This document shows, one piece after another, positions 36,043 through 45,229 of a DNA stretch of 64,000 nucleotides. The notes beneath the pieces are model-generated. The model saw only the letters and a list, made by a program, of their open reading frames with translations. It did not search any database and was not told the DNA's origin. Origin of the DNA: a virus (lineage: Duplodnaviria > Caudoviricetes); IMG/VR virus record IMGVR_UViG_3300028631_000429, positions 6,385 through 70,384 of that record. One strand, given 5' to 3'. How positions within the stretch are numbered: position 1 is the stretch's first letter; each line of letters starts with the position of its first letter. A program made the translations under genes and the position numbers.

Positions 36043-37881
36043 TCATCTTCCGCCTGCTTTCCCAAACAGTTTTTCCTTATAGGCCGGTGCGTGAACGGCA
36101 AGATTGTATCGCTCAATACCGCATTTATATAGACATACTCCACGCTGGGGAAAGCGGATGAGATTATATTCCGATTCCTCAAGCTGGAGAGAATCAATAT
36201 AAAACTGTTTATCAATGTTGCCTGCGTTAAAAAGAAAAGCGTGAGTCGGAATAGAGAACAATGGCTTTGTCAATTCTCTGATCCCTTCAATATTAAAGTC
36301 CTCAAGATTCTGTGATGCTAAAATGACCGCCGATTCCTTCTTTCGCACACGCTTCATAAAGTTTCGGATGTACTCAATGGCGGTGAGGTTCGTAAGGAAT
36401 AGATATAGCTCATCAATGCTGGCGACAGTGTTGCCTTCGGTCAGGAGCTTATCACTCATAAAGGATAAAACATTAAAGAGCAGAGCATTCTTCACATTTC
36501 TGCTTGCCTGCAAAAGTCCTTTTACTCCAAACACAATAAAGCGGTCACTGGTGACATTGGTGTGTCCATTAAAAAATTTACTTTCCGCACCCATGCACAT
36601 AGAGTGAAGCCCCAAAAGGATTTCCTGCAGCAACTCTGCCGTATAAAGCTGGTGTTTGCTGCTGTCGTAACCCTTATATTCACCCTCAATCAGTTCATAT
36701 AGATTGGAGAGGATGGGATAATCCTCAGTATTTAATTTTGTGAAATTGGTGCTGTCACTGATATTAAAATTCCCGTAGAGCTTACCCAACATAATTTCGA
36801 TGGTGTCAATGTGGCGGTCATCAAAATCCTTGTAGCAGCGAAAAAAGTCTTTAAGAAAAGATATATGCTGGCTGAGCTTTGTGCGCTGCAGAAAGGCCTG
36901 GGGAGCATCTCTATCACCAAAGCTTCCGTTTTCATCCCATGCCTTTGGTTCTAATGGATTGATTATATACTGACCGGACATGAGGTCGATAAAGCACCCG
37001 CCGAGATTTTCTGCAAGCTCCACATATTCATGCTCTGGGTCTAAGCACAGAACAGTCTTACCAGATTCCAGTACATTGCACAGGATCAATTTAAGCAGAT
37101 AGCTTTTGCCCTGACCGCTGTTACCAAGGATTAGGATGTTGGCATTGGTCTTGTCGTCATCACGCTTATCAAAATCCACAATAATATTGCTTCCGAACTT
37201 ATCCCTACCAAGGTAGAAACCGCCGGGGTCGGTCTTGCCGGAATAGTTAAAGGGGTAAAGATTCGCCACGCTGCTGGCAGGCAAAACCCGTTCATACTGA
37301 CTCCCAAACACATTATGTCCGGCAGGGCCTACAGCAAGAAAACCCTCCCGCTGGCGCAGAATCAAGCGATCCACATTGAGCTTTGATCGTACCAGCTCTG
37401 TTAAAACATCGGTCTGCAGGAGTTTCAGTGCATCAAGATTGTGGGCTGTCAGCTCAATGTAAACAGCACAGTGCAACAGGGGTTCTCGGTTTCTGTGCAT
37501 GGCTGATACCAAGGTAACCACATCCTGTAGATTGCTTTCGGCGGTGACGGTCTGCTGAAGATTACTGGTGTTACTTTTATCCATACGATTTTTATTGGCC
37601 GCATTATGAATGATTTTCTTTTCTTCTCCTGCCGTAACCTGTCTTGTATAGATGCGTAGGGTTACACCGTCCTTTTCGCCTAAATGCCGCAGGATTGCCT
37701 GCTCATCGGTTGCTGTTGGATATTCTCGCAGCACCCAGACACAGCGAAAGGTATTTCCGCAAATAAAATGATCCACATTAAATTTAATAACACCGGGTGC
37801 TATCATATCGAGGAAATCTTTAATTTTTGTATCCTCGGCCGATACTACAACTTTTTTCTTTCTGGCTTTACTCACCGACAA
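36043..37881 (-). CDS. virB4: VirB4-like conjugation ATPase
   Basis: Walker A GNSGQGKS, DPEHEY, Walker B SIDELY, RKKESAVILASQN. Confidence 0.93.
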   Translation of the reverse strand: MSVSKARKKKVVVSAEDTKIKDFLDMIAPGVIKFNVDHFICGNTFRCVWVLREYPTATDEQAILRHLGEKDGVTLRIYTRQVTAGEEKKIIHNAANKNRMDKSNTSNLQQTVTAESNLQDVVTLVSAMHRNREPLLHCAVYIELTAHNLDALKLLQTDVLTELVRSKLNVDRLILRQREGFLAVGPAGHNVFGSQYERVLPASSVANLYPFNYSGKTDPGGFYLGRDKFGSNIIVDFDKRDDDKTNANILILGNSGQGKSYLLKLILCNVLESGKTVLCLDPEHEYVELAENLGGCFIDLMSGQYIINPLEPKAWDENGSFGDRDAPQAFLQRTKLSQHISFLKDFFRCYKDFDDRHIDTIEIMLGKLYGNFNISDSTNFTKLNTEDYPILSNLYELIEGEYKGYDSSKHQLYTAELLQEILLGLHSMCMGAESKFFNGHTNVTSDRFIVFGVKGLLQASRNVKNALLFNVLSFMSDKLLTEGNTVASIDELYLFLTNLTAIEYIRNFMKRVRKKESAVILASQNLEDFNIEGIRELTKPLFSIPTHAFLFNAGNIDKQFYIDSLQLEESEYNLIRFPQRGVCLYKCGIERYNLAVHAPAYKEKLFGKAGGR

Positions 37882-38455
37882 TCACCCACCTTTCTCCATC
37901 GAAGTCCTCATATTTTTCGGTTGTAACATTCTGCTCGTAATATACGCCTAAGAGACGCTTGATGTCAGTTTCATTTGCTTTTTTTGTAGTGAAGCCCTGA
38001 TCCTTCAGGGACTTTTCTATACGGGAGAGATAGGGTTGAACTTCTGATTCCTTCTCGTCACGCAGGCGAATGATGATGAGAAATTCACGGGCTGTTGCCA
38101 TCTGCACCTGCATGCGGTCAAGTGAGACTGCATCCTGCTGGAGCAGTTTGCGTATGACCGGATTTTGTTCCTCTTCCATACGGCTGCGCAAATGGGCTTT
38201 GTTATCTTCAAAATTCTCACGGCTGTTAAGGCAAAGCATCTCAATTTCTGCAATACCTTTGAGAACATTCATCAGGGCATATATCCTTGCACCCACACTG
38301 CTTTCAGACAACACACTGATATTAGTGGGCTTAATCATAAAAAATACCAGTTCTCCATAGCCGGTAACCAAAGCATGACTATTGATGTTTTCAATGCCCA
38401 TGAGCTGCCTTGTAGATGCCTTTTCTTTGGCTTCACTTTTCTTTTTTCTGCTCAT
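37868..38455 (-). CDS. Conjugation protein upstream of VirB4
   Basis: ATGA-coupled to PrgI-like gene and overlapping virB4. Confidence 0.65.
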   Translation of the reverse strand: MSRKKKSEAKEKASTRQLMGIENINSHALVTGYGELVFFMIKPTNISVLSESSVGARIYALMNVLKGIAEIEMLCLNSRENFEDNKAHLRSRMEEEQNPVIRKLLQQDAVSLDRMQVQMATAREFLIIIRLRDEKESEVQPYLSRIEKSLKDQGFTTKKANETDIKRLLGVYYEQNVTTEKYEDFDGERWVIVGE

Positions 38456-38715
38456 GCACTTTCCCTCCATTCATAAAGTTGCTTTTTGCCGATAAAAAAC
38501 ACAGCGGCATATCTGATAAAATCAAGAATACTTGTATCCTCAAAACGGATAGATAAAAAGGCATATACGGCTGTTACTACGATGGGCAAAAACCATCCGA
38601 GTTGGGAAAGAGCAAACACAGATATGAGACATCCTACACCAATGATGCCAATATCTCTAAGCTCCCACAGCCATAGCGTGGCCTTAGATTTTAAGTTATC
38701 AGGGTAAATGTACAA
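38452..38715 (-). CDS. PrgI/VirB3-like membrane protein
   Basis: MYIYPDNLK, two TM segments, position upstream of virB4. Confidence 0.65.
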   Translation of the reverse strand: MYIYPDNLKSKATLWLWELRDIGIIGVGCLISVFALSQLGWFLPIVVTAVYAFLSIRFEDTSILDFIRYAAVFFIGKKQLYEWRESA

Positions 38716-38718
38716 GGT

Positions 38719-40734
38719 TCAATCCTCCTGTTCTCTATAAATTCTTTGTAAAAAATAAGCAATGCCCCGCATCACAAAGTCTACGCAGGGTATCGCCACA
38801 CTATTTCCAAGTGCTTTATATCTGGCACTGTCAGAACCGCCGGGAATATTCGTCCAGCCGTCAGGAAAGCCTTGAAGCCGTTCACATTCAAGTGGAGTAA
38901 GGCGGCGGATGAGTTTTCTGTTCTTTCCGCCAGCGGTCGCTATAAGATTTTCACTGCCCCCGCCGTTATCACCGCCTTGTGCCCGAAGGGTGGTACAACC
39001 CTCGGAATAATTCCCAAACTGGGATTGACCAAAGATCTCCGGTTGGCAAACAAGGTCTGTAGCATCCTTGTGCTGCCTTGCACTTTGAGTTGCGACAACC
39101 TCATTTTCTGAAAATTCATCACTTCTTTGTCGGCTGAATACTGCATGGCGGTCGGCTCCGGTTAATGTGTAACTAATGTCAGGCTGGCATCCAAGGCCGT
39201 TGCCTCCGTTTTGCACCTGCCTGTCTATAATGTTTCCTGCTATACAGAAGCTTTCCTGCAAGATAGCGATACCGCCTTGGTTTTTACTTGGGTCGGGATT
39301 GGTGGTATCAATGGTTCGGGCTATTTCTGTTTCTCTGCATCCCGAATTGGGATTTGAGGATTTCATGCTATTTGATTCCTTAGAATCAAGGGAGAATGCT
39401 ACAGGGTTACCCACTAAAGGAACATTATTTCCGCCAGTTCCCATACGGGCTGCAAGTGTTGGAGCTACTCCAAGGGGACCATTATATCTACCATCCTTGG
39501 GATGGTTTTCAAATAGTACCGGCTGGTTATTTCCGCTCATGCCGGCACTGCTTGGCTGGGTGATAAGCGGTGGATGTCCGCCCATACCTGCCCTGAGGGT
39601 CGGGGTTACTTCCTCGGTGATATCCATCCGCTCACCGCCATGATCATTGAGACATAGGAGTGGTTCCTGAGCGACAAATGTCTGCATCTGCATATTCCGT
39701 GTTGCCAGCAGGGCACCGGATACACCATCTAAGTCAATTACCTCATCACGCTGATTGACATGAAAGGCTACTGATGCCTGTGTAATAATACCGTTCCTGC
39801 CGGTAGACATGCCGCAATTAACACCGAGGGTTGAAGATACCTCCCCAGTCAGATCACCGTTGTAACCATCAGAGCCCACGGTCTCTTTTTCTTCTGTTTG
39901 AATATATCCATGGCCGCCGCCTTGACCACTATAAAGAGCTGGCCACGTGCCTGTTTCCTCAAAAATACGGCGGCTTTGCACATCCCACGGTATCAGGCAA
40001 GCTCCGCCTGAATCATCAGAGCCTCCTTCAATTGTTGTGGCAGTTCCTTGCCCCGAGCCTCGGCTCTGCGCAATATTCCCAAACAGGCGGTCTTGCTCAA
40101 ATAATATTTGGGGTGCGGTGCATCCTCCAAAATCTGCGACAAGGAAGATACGACGGCGGCGCTGGGCGACTCCCCAGAATTGAGCATCCAAGACACGCCA
40201 AGCCAGGCTGAATTCATCTCCCAGAATGGCAGCCCCAGCAGATTGCCAGCGTCCGGATTCAGGTTGAGGCACATCACAGGAACTGTACTTAATGCGGATA
40301 ATCTCCTCGATGACCGCCCGGAAGTCCTCGCCTTCTGTTGAGCTGAAAGCTCCGGGGACATTTTCCCAAACGAGGTATCGAGGTCGTATAAGGTGAGTTG
40401 GTATACCTCTTTGTTCATCGGCTTTTCTCATCTCCTTTGCAATACGTGTCTGTTCCATGAATAAGCCGGAGCGTTCTCCAGCAAGGCCTGCACGCTGGCC
40501 GGCGACAGACAAATCCTGACATGGTGAGCCGCCGCAGATGATATCAACCGGCGGCAATGTTGCACCATTTAGTTTTGTAATATCCCCCACATGGGGCATA
40601 TCAGGGAATCTAATTTTCGTTACTTCGATGGGAAAGGTTTCTATTTCACTTGCCCACACAGGCTTTATTCCGTTACGAACTGCAGCAAGAGGAAAGCCCC
40701 CAATCCCATCAAAGAGGCTTCCCATGGTCATCAT
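38719..40734 (-). CDS. C5 cytosine DNA methyltransferase, long variable region
   Basis: Motif I SLFDGIGG, IV GSPCQD, VI ENVPG, VIII QRRRRIFLV, IX RLTPLECERLQGFP, X KALGNSV. Confidence 0.93.
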   Translation of the reverse strand: MMTMGSLFDGIGGFPLAAVRNGIKPVWASEIETFPIEVTKIRFPDMPHVGDITKLNGATLPPVDIICGGSPCQDLSVAGQRAGLAGERSGLFMEQTRIAKEMRKADEQRGIPTHLIRPRYLVWENVPGAFSSTEGEDFRAVIEEIIRIKYSSCDVPQPESGRWQSAGAAILGDEFSLAWRVLDAQFWGVAQRRRRIFLVADFGGCTAPQILFEQDRLFGNIAQSRGSGQGTATTIEGGSDDSGGACLIPWDVQSRRIFEETGTWPALYSGQGGGHGYIQTEEKETVGSDGYNGDLTGEVSSTLGVNCGMSTGRNGIITQASVAFHVNQRDEVIDLDGVSGALLATRNMQMQTFVAQEPLLCLNDHGGERMDITEEVTPTLRAGMGGHPPLITQPSSAGMSGNNQPVLFENHPKDGRYNGPLGVAPTLAARMGTGGNNVPLVGNPVAFSLDSKESNSMKSSNPNSGCRETEIARTIDTTNPDPSKNQGGIAILQESFCIAGNIIDRQVQNGGNGLGCQPDISYTLTGADRHAVFSRQRSDEFSENEVVATQSARQHKDATDLVCQPEIFGQSQFGNYSEGCTTLRAQGGDNGGGSENLIATAGGKNRKLIRRLTPLECERLQGFPDGWTNIPGGSDSARYKALGNSVAIPCVDFVMRGIAYFLQRIYREQED
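39993..40418 (-). CDS. Nested alternative-frame ORF, probable beta subunit of the C5 methyltransferase
   Basis: 141 codons fully inside the MTase in the +1 frame; encodes SWMLNSGESPS...SLSQILE...KYYLSKTACLGILRRAEARGKELP, a C5-MTase small-domain segment absent from the main frame. Confidence 0.75.
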   Translation of the reverse strand: MNKEVYQLTLYDLDTSFGKMSPELSAQQKARTSGRSSRRLSALSTVPVMCLNLNPDAGNLLGLPFWEMNSAWLGVSWMLNSGESPSAAVVSSLSQILEDAPHPKYYLSKTACLGILRRAEARGKELPQQLKEALMIQAELA

Positions 40735-41123
40735 CAGACCATACCTATTGCCATTACCGGTGTGGAAGCCTCGGCCTGTGTATTACCTTTAACATTTCCA
40801 ATAACAAAGCCTTTTTCCTGTTCCATTACTCTCCGAATGGGGATACCAAGCCTTTCAGCTTCTATAATTTCCGCCATCATGCCTTGAGAAATACGATCCC
40901 CATAGCACCATAATTCATCACAAGCTGAGAGTATAACAAGCCCCATATCCAGTGCCAGCTGGCGTTCTTTTGGAACTGATTCGCAAAGCAGGCTGGGGTA
41001 TAACAAATGGGGCGCAAAAAAAGCGTGCCCTTGATCCATCACATGGCGGCACGCTCGTTTGGCAAACACTGTGTTTTTTTCTATATCACCTGCATAAGGG
41101 GAAGCTACATAAATAATTTTCAT
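40734..41123 (-). CDS. DUF4406-like protein (nucleoside deoxyribosyltransferase-like fold)
   Basis: IYVASPYAG, FAPHLLYP, CDELWCYG, SQGMMAEI. Confidence 0.7.
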   Translation of the reverse strand: MKIIYVASPYAGDIEKNTVFAKRACRHVMDQGHAFFAPHLLYPSLLCESVPKERQLALDMGLVILSACDELWCYGDRISQGMMAEIIEAERLGIPIRRVMEQEKGFVIGNVKGNTQAEASTPVMAIGMV

Positions 41124-41142
41124 AATTTTTTTCCTTTCTCAT

Positions 41143-42048
41143 TTATTTTGGAGCCACTGCTTGCACAACTGTACGGGTTGTATTAACTGCAGCCTGAGCC
41201 GTATAAACTGCGCTCATCATATTCGCTCTTGTACTTGTATCAAGGCCAAAGGCACCGGCGATTCTCGGCACTTCTCCTGCGGCAAGCATGAGCCCAAGTC
41301 CAAGCAAAGCATGATCCTTTAGCACCATCAGTCCGGCAGTTAGGATTGTTGCTTGTAAAAATGTAGTAAGGCACAGACCGATGATCTGCTTGCACCACTG
41401 GACAAAGCCGTCAATATATCCTCTTGGAACAGAGAACATATAGAGGCTCCCTACAGCAATTTGAATGAGCAGAATCCCGCCCCGCTTAAGATTGGCGAAG
41501 AACACTTTTATTACCGAATAGCCCATCATAATAATGATAAAGAGCAGCATAATCGGGCTTGTAATAACAGACAGGCCGCCAAAGATACCGGAGCTGATTG
41601 CCCCACTTGGATCGGGTGTACTTCCAAGACCGGCGATGATTTGATTTGCCACCTCACCAAAGCTTTGCCCGTAACCTGTAAGTCCTGCTGTAAGACTGCT
41701 TTGCAGATTTACCGATAGCTTGAACAGCTCCACCGGTACGATGGTAAATAAGGATACTGCCATAAAGCCTTTGATAGCATTTAATGCGGCATCTTTGATG
41801 CTCCCTCTGCCGTGTTGGTATTCAATGCCGGTTTCAAAGCAGGATACCACTAAACCTGTTCCATACAGCGCCCAAGCCAGATAAGAAAAGAACAACACGA
41901 TTGAGGCTACCCAGTTCATTTCAAATAATTCCACACCCATGTTTCCCATCTGTGAAAAGAAATCACCGAGAAATCCGATTACCTGACCATATATCCAGTC
42001 AATAAGCTGACTCATTACATCGCCAAGGATAAAATCCCATATAAACAA
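41143..42048 (-). CDS. VirB6/TrbL-like polytopic membrane protein
   Basis: Multiple TM helices, KRGGILLIQIAVGSLY; TTG start 42048 behind GGAGGTG. Confidence 0.8.
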   Translation of the reverse strand: MFIWDFILGDVMSQLIDWIYGQVIGFLGDFFSQMGNMGVELFEMNWVASIVLFFSYLAWALYGTGLVVSCFETGIEYQHGRGSIKDAALNAIKGFMAVSLFTIVPVELFKLSVNLQSSLTAGLTGYGQSFGEVANQIIAGLGSTPDPSGAISSGIFGGLSVITSPIMLLFIIIMMGYSVIKVFFANLKRGGILLIQIAVGSLYMFSVPRGYIDGFVQWCKQIIGLCLTTFLQATILTAGLMVLKDHALLGLGLMLAAGEVPRIAGAFGLDTSTRANMMSAVYTAQAAVNTTRTVVQAVAPK

Positions 42049-42133
42049 AGGTGAATCACCTCCCTGTAAAAAGAATAAGGACATACCGTTTATCACGATA
42101 TGCCCTGGTTTTTGCATAAAAAATGACGAGCAG

Positions 42134-42454
42134 TTAGCCGCTTATCGGTTTTGTCTGTTCGCCATCTTTTTCAAATATTTCAAGTATAAGTTTTGCTCCC
42201 ATTCGAAAACCTTCTATAAATCGTTCTTCTCCAACGTTGTAAAGCAAATTGTTTTGTACCGTTAGATACTCATGTAATCTTTCCTTCTCCTTCTCATCCA
42301 GCATAGCTTCGATTTCTTTTTCAAGTTCGACAAGCCGATACTGCTGTTTTTGAAATTCACTGCCTGGAACAATGCTTTTTTCCGCAAGCATTAATCTTCC
42401 GCGGTAAAGCTCACGAAGAATTTTTTCTTTCTGCACTATCTCCACCTCCTTCAA
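42134..42454 (-). CDS. DUF6809-like protein
   Basis: ILRELYRG...ERFIEGFRMGAKLILE. Confidence 0.7.
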   Translation of the reverse strand: MKEVEIVQKEKILRELYRGRLMLAEKSIVPGSEFQKQQYRLVELEKEIEAMLDEKEKERLHEYLTVQNNLLYNVGEERFIEGFRMGAKLILEIFEKDGEQTKPISG

Positions 42455-42523
42455 GCACAGAAGAATACCACAACATATAGACTTTATCTATACCAAATAC
42501 CAATAAATCGTACTGTATATAGT

Positions 42524-42964
42524 TTACATAGACTGTTTCATACTTAGGTATGCATCATCTGTTTCTTTCTGCTGATAGTTTTGCTCCATAAAAAGCTCGG
42601 CATAGCTGTCAATTTGCTCTGCCAGCTGCTTAAAATCCATTGTTGTTGGCTGGTATCCATACCATTCAGTCACTCCATTATATGCCCAAGCATGCGGTAC
42701 AAGGCCATCACTGAAATTAGGATTATTTATCTTCTTTTTGCCCCAGATATCCTTAAATTTAAGTGTCGTGCTGTCGATGGTTCCGCTGTTCTTATCTAGT
42801 GCGGTGAGGCGAATCCCTGCATAATGATCCGCATGCCCCAAGGTGACAAATTGTAACTTCAGCCTGTTGTTTTCGCTCAAGGGAATGTATAAGGCATTGC
42901 CGATAAATTTTGCATCCTCATATCCTTCGGTGCATTTTCTTAAGTTCTGTTCAAAAAAGTTCAT
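42524..42964 (-). CDS. Conserved ICE hypothetical protein
   Basis: RBS GGAGG; MNFFEQNLRK; acidic ...KQSM tail like other ICE proteins here. Confidence 0.7.
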   Translation of the reverse strand: MNFFEQNLRKCTEGYEDAKFIGNALYIPLSENNRLKLQFVTLGHADHYAGIRLTALDKNSGTIDSTTLKFKDIWGKKKINNPNFSDGLVPHAWAYNGVTEWYGYQPTTMDFKQLAEQIDSYAELFMEQNYQQKETDDAYLSMKQSM

Positions 42965-43066
42965 GATTTAACCTCCAAATAGTTTTTTATATTCATCTAA
43001 ACCTTCTTGCAAAAGCTTGTAACAGTATTAAAATCATCTTCTATTTCCTTTCTATAAAACTTAATA

Positions 43067-43107
43067 TTGACAAAACTGTCTAATCACGATAGACTAAATA
43101 TAGTCTA
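43067..43107 (+). promoter_or_regulatory. Sigma-A promoter with overlapping BlaI-type operator
   Basis: TTGACA(43067)-N17-TAGACT(43090); palindrome TAGACTA-AATA-TAGTCTA (43090-43107) covers the -10. Confidence 0.8.
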
Positions 43108-43133
43108 ATGATATTCGACAGGAGGTTTATTAT

Positions 43134-43496
43134 ATGAACCCATATAAACTTGGTGAGTTGGAAGAGCAGTTTGCTCAGCTTATTTGGAAGCATGAGCCTA
43201 TCAGTTCCCGAACACTTACGGAAATTTGTGCTGAAGCTTTCGATTGGAAGCGTACTACCACCTACACAATGCTCAGGCGCTTATGTGATCGGGGATTATT
43301 TCAAAATATAAGCGGTACAGTCAGCTCAATCATGTCCGAAGCTGACTTTAGAGCCGGGCAGGGAGAGCAGTTTCTAAATGAAACTTTTGAGGGCTCTTTA
43401 CCACAATTTTTCGCAGCATTTACACGACGCAATAAGTTGAGCAAAAAAGAAATAAATGAAATACAAAAGCTTATTGATGAGCACAAGGAGGGTTAG
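43134..43496 (+). CDS. blaI: BlaI/MecI/CopY-family repressor
   Basis: LGELEEQFAQLIW, WKRTTTYTMLRRLCDRG, FLNETFEGS. Confidence 0.9.
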   Translation: MNPYKLGELEEQFAQLIWKHEPISSRTLTEICAEAFDWKRTTTYTMLRRLCDRGLFQNISGTVSSIMSEADFRAGQGEQFLNETFEGSLPQFFAAFTRRNKLSKKEINEIQKLIDEHKEG

Positions 43497-43498
43497 TA

Positions 43499-45223
43499 AT
43501 GGTTGAAAAAATATTTTTACAGATTCTTAATATGAGCTTTACTGCCAGTTTTGTGATAATCTTTGTGCTGATAACAAGGCTGTTTTTGAAAAAGTCACCT
43601 AAAATTTTATCCTATGCCCTTTGGGGTGTTGTGCTCTTCCGCCTGGTCTTTCCTTTCAGTTTTGAAAGCATGTTTAGTCTTGTGCCTGTGAAGACAAACC
43701 CTATCTCTCAAGACATTGTTTACGCACCTATTCCAACAATAGATACAGGCATTCCGGCAATTAATCATGCAGTGAACTCATCATTGCCCGCAGCAACACC
43801 GGCTGCCAGTATAAATCCCATGCAAGTTTGGGTTTTTATCGGCACTCTTGTTTGGATATTAGGCATTACAATTCTACTTATTTACAGCATTGTTTCTCTT
43901 GTGAAGTTACAAAAGCGCCTTAAAGATGCTGTTCATGAAAGAGATAATATCTACCTTGTGGAGCATTTAGAAACACCTTTTGTTATGGGTATTATTCGTC
44001 CCAGAATTTATTTGCCTGCAACCCTTACAGCTGAGGAAAAAAGATATATCATGCTCCATGAAGATATGCATATCAAGCGGTTCGACCATATAGTGAAAAT
44101 ATTCTCTTTCTTTGTGCTTTGCCTGCACTGGTTTAATCCTCTTGTATGGGCAGCGTTTTTTATTAGCGGCAAAGATATGGAAATGTCCTGTGATGAGGCA
44201 GTTATCAAACAACTGGGCAGTAATGTGAAAAAGGAATATTCAGCCTCACTTTTAACCCTTGCAACTGGCAGGCGAATTATTGGCGGTACCCCCCTTGCCT
44301 TCGGTGAAGGTGATACTAAGGGCAGAATTAAAAATGTATTGAATTATAAAAAGCCTGCCTTTTGGGTAGTCGTATTAGCTGTGATCGCTGTCATAATTTT
44401 AGCAGTTGGTTTGTCATCAAATCCAATGAATACCCCGATTGTTCTACCAGACAAGGACGAGGTGTCCAGTATACAAATCGAACAGGTTAATGAAGGAGAT
44501 AGCCTTGGTGTGGTTCAAATCACAGATATAGCCGATATAGAAATCATATTGGATGCTCTGCAAAACACAAATAAAACTTTCAGAAAATCGGTCAATGATG
44601 CTCCTAACAGCAAAAACTACTTTCGGATATATATTGAAGGCACAACATTGCAAAGATTTTTCTTATTTGCCGAAGGTAATAAATACTATATCGAGGAAGC
44701 ATACTCCGGTATTTACAAGACAAGTCGGGAAACGAGTGTTTCTGTAGCTAAAGTTTATATATCCAATGGTGGAGCTGATTTGGAAGATACTACTACTGCC
44801 TTGTGGAATGCCCGCACGAAATATATTGGCGATAATTCAGCTGTGGGAAATATCATTAGTCTATTGCAGTTCCCTGAAGGTGTAGCCTATGACAGTTTTG
44901 AGTTGCATACAAGCGAGCCCCCCTATGCCGTATCGGTGAAGTTTAAAACAGATACAGAGATTCGTAATTTTTATTCGGGAGCAGATAATCAATCCCCTTT
45001 CCAAATAAATGCCCTGATAATGTTCTCTCTTATTGAAAACGCAGAGTACATTACCTTCAGCTTAAATGATGGTATTTACGATCCTTACTCTATTCAGTAC
45101 ACTGACGATATGGCTAAAATGATACTTGGTGATAATTATCGTAAAGATAGTGAAAACCTTGATGGATTTCGTTCACAGATTGAAAAGCTACAGGAGTTGC
45201 TTTCTATAAAAAATGAGAGGTAA
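43499..45223 (+). CDS. BlaR1-like M56 metallopeptidase sensor with non-PBP extracellular domains
   Basis: TM helices, HEDMH zinc motif, EMSCDE, RIKNVL; no SxxK penicillin-binding domain; C-terminal TKYIGDNSAV resembles DUF4825. Confidence 0.88.
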   Translation: MVEKIFLQILNMSFTASFVIIFVLITRLFLKKSPKILSYALWGVVLFRLVFPFSFESMFSLVPVKTNPISQDIVYAPIPTIDTGIPAINHAVNSSLPAATPAASINPMQVWVFIGTLVWILGITILLIYSIVSLVKLQKRLKDAVHERDNIYLVEHLETPFVMGIIRPRIYLPATLTAEEKRYIMLHEDMHIKRFDHIVKIFSFFVLCLHWFNPLVWAAFFISGKDMEMSCDEAVIKQLGSNVKKEYSASLLTLATGRRIIGGTPLAFGEGDTKGRIKNVLNYKKPAFWVVVLAVIAVIILAVGLSSNPMNTPIVLPDKDEVSSIQIEQVNEGDSLGVVQITDIADIEIILDALQNTNKTFRKSVNDAPNSKNYFRIYIEGTTLQRFFLFAEGNKYYIEEAYSGIYKTSRETSVSVAKVYISNGGADLEDTTTALWNARTKYIGDNSAVGNIISLLQFPEGVAYDSFELHTSEPPYAVSVKFKTDTEIRNFYSGADNQSPFQINALIMFSLIENAEYITFSLNDGIYDPYSIQYTDDMAKMILGDNYRKDSENLDGFRSQIEKLQELLSIKNER

Positions 45224-45229
45224 ATCAAT

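Noticed and set aside
42990-43040. 14-aa minus-strand ORF MILILLQAFARRFR upstream of the 146-aa gene
   Set aside because: Too short to support; could be an insertion scar or chance.
43134-45223. Beta-lactam resistance locus
   Set aside because: No SxxK/SxN/KTG penicillin-binding domain in the sensor and no blaZ or mecA-like gene.
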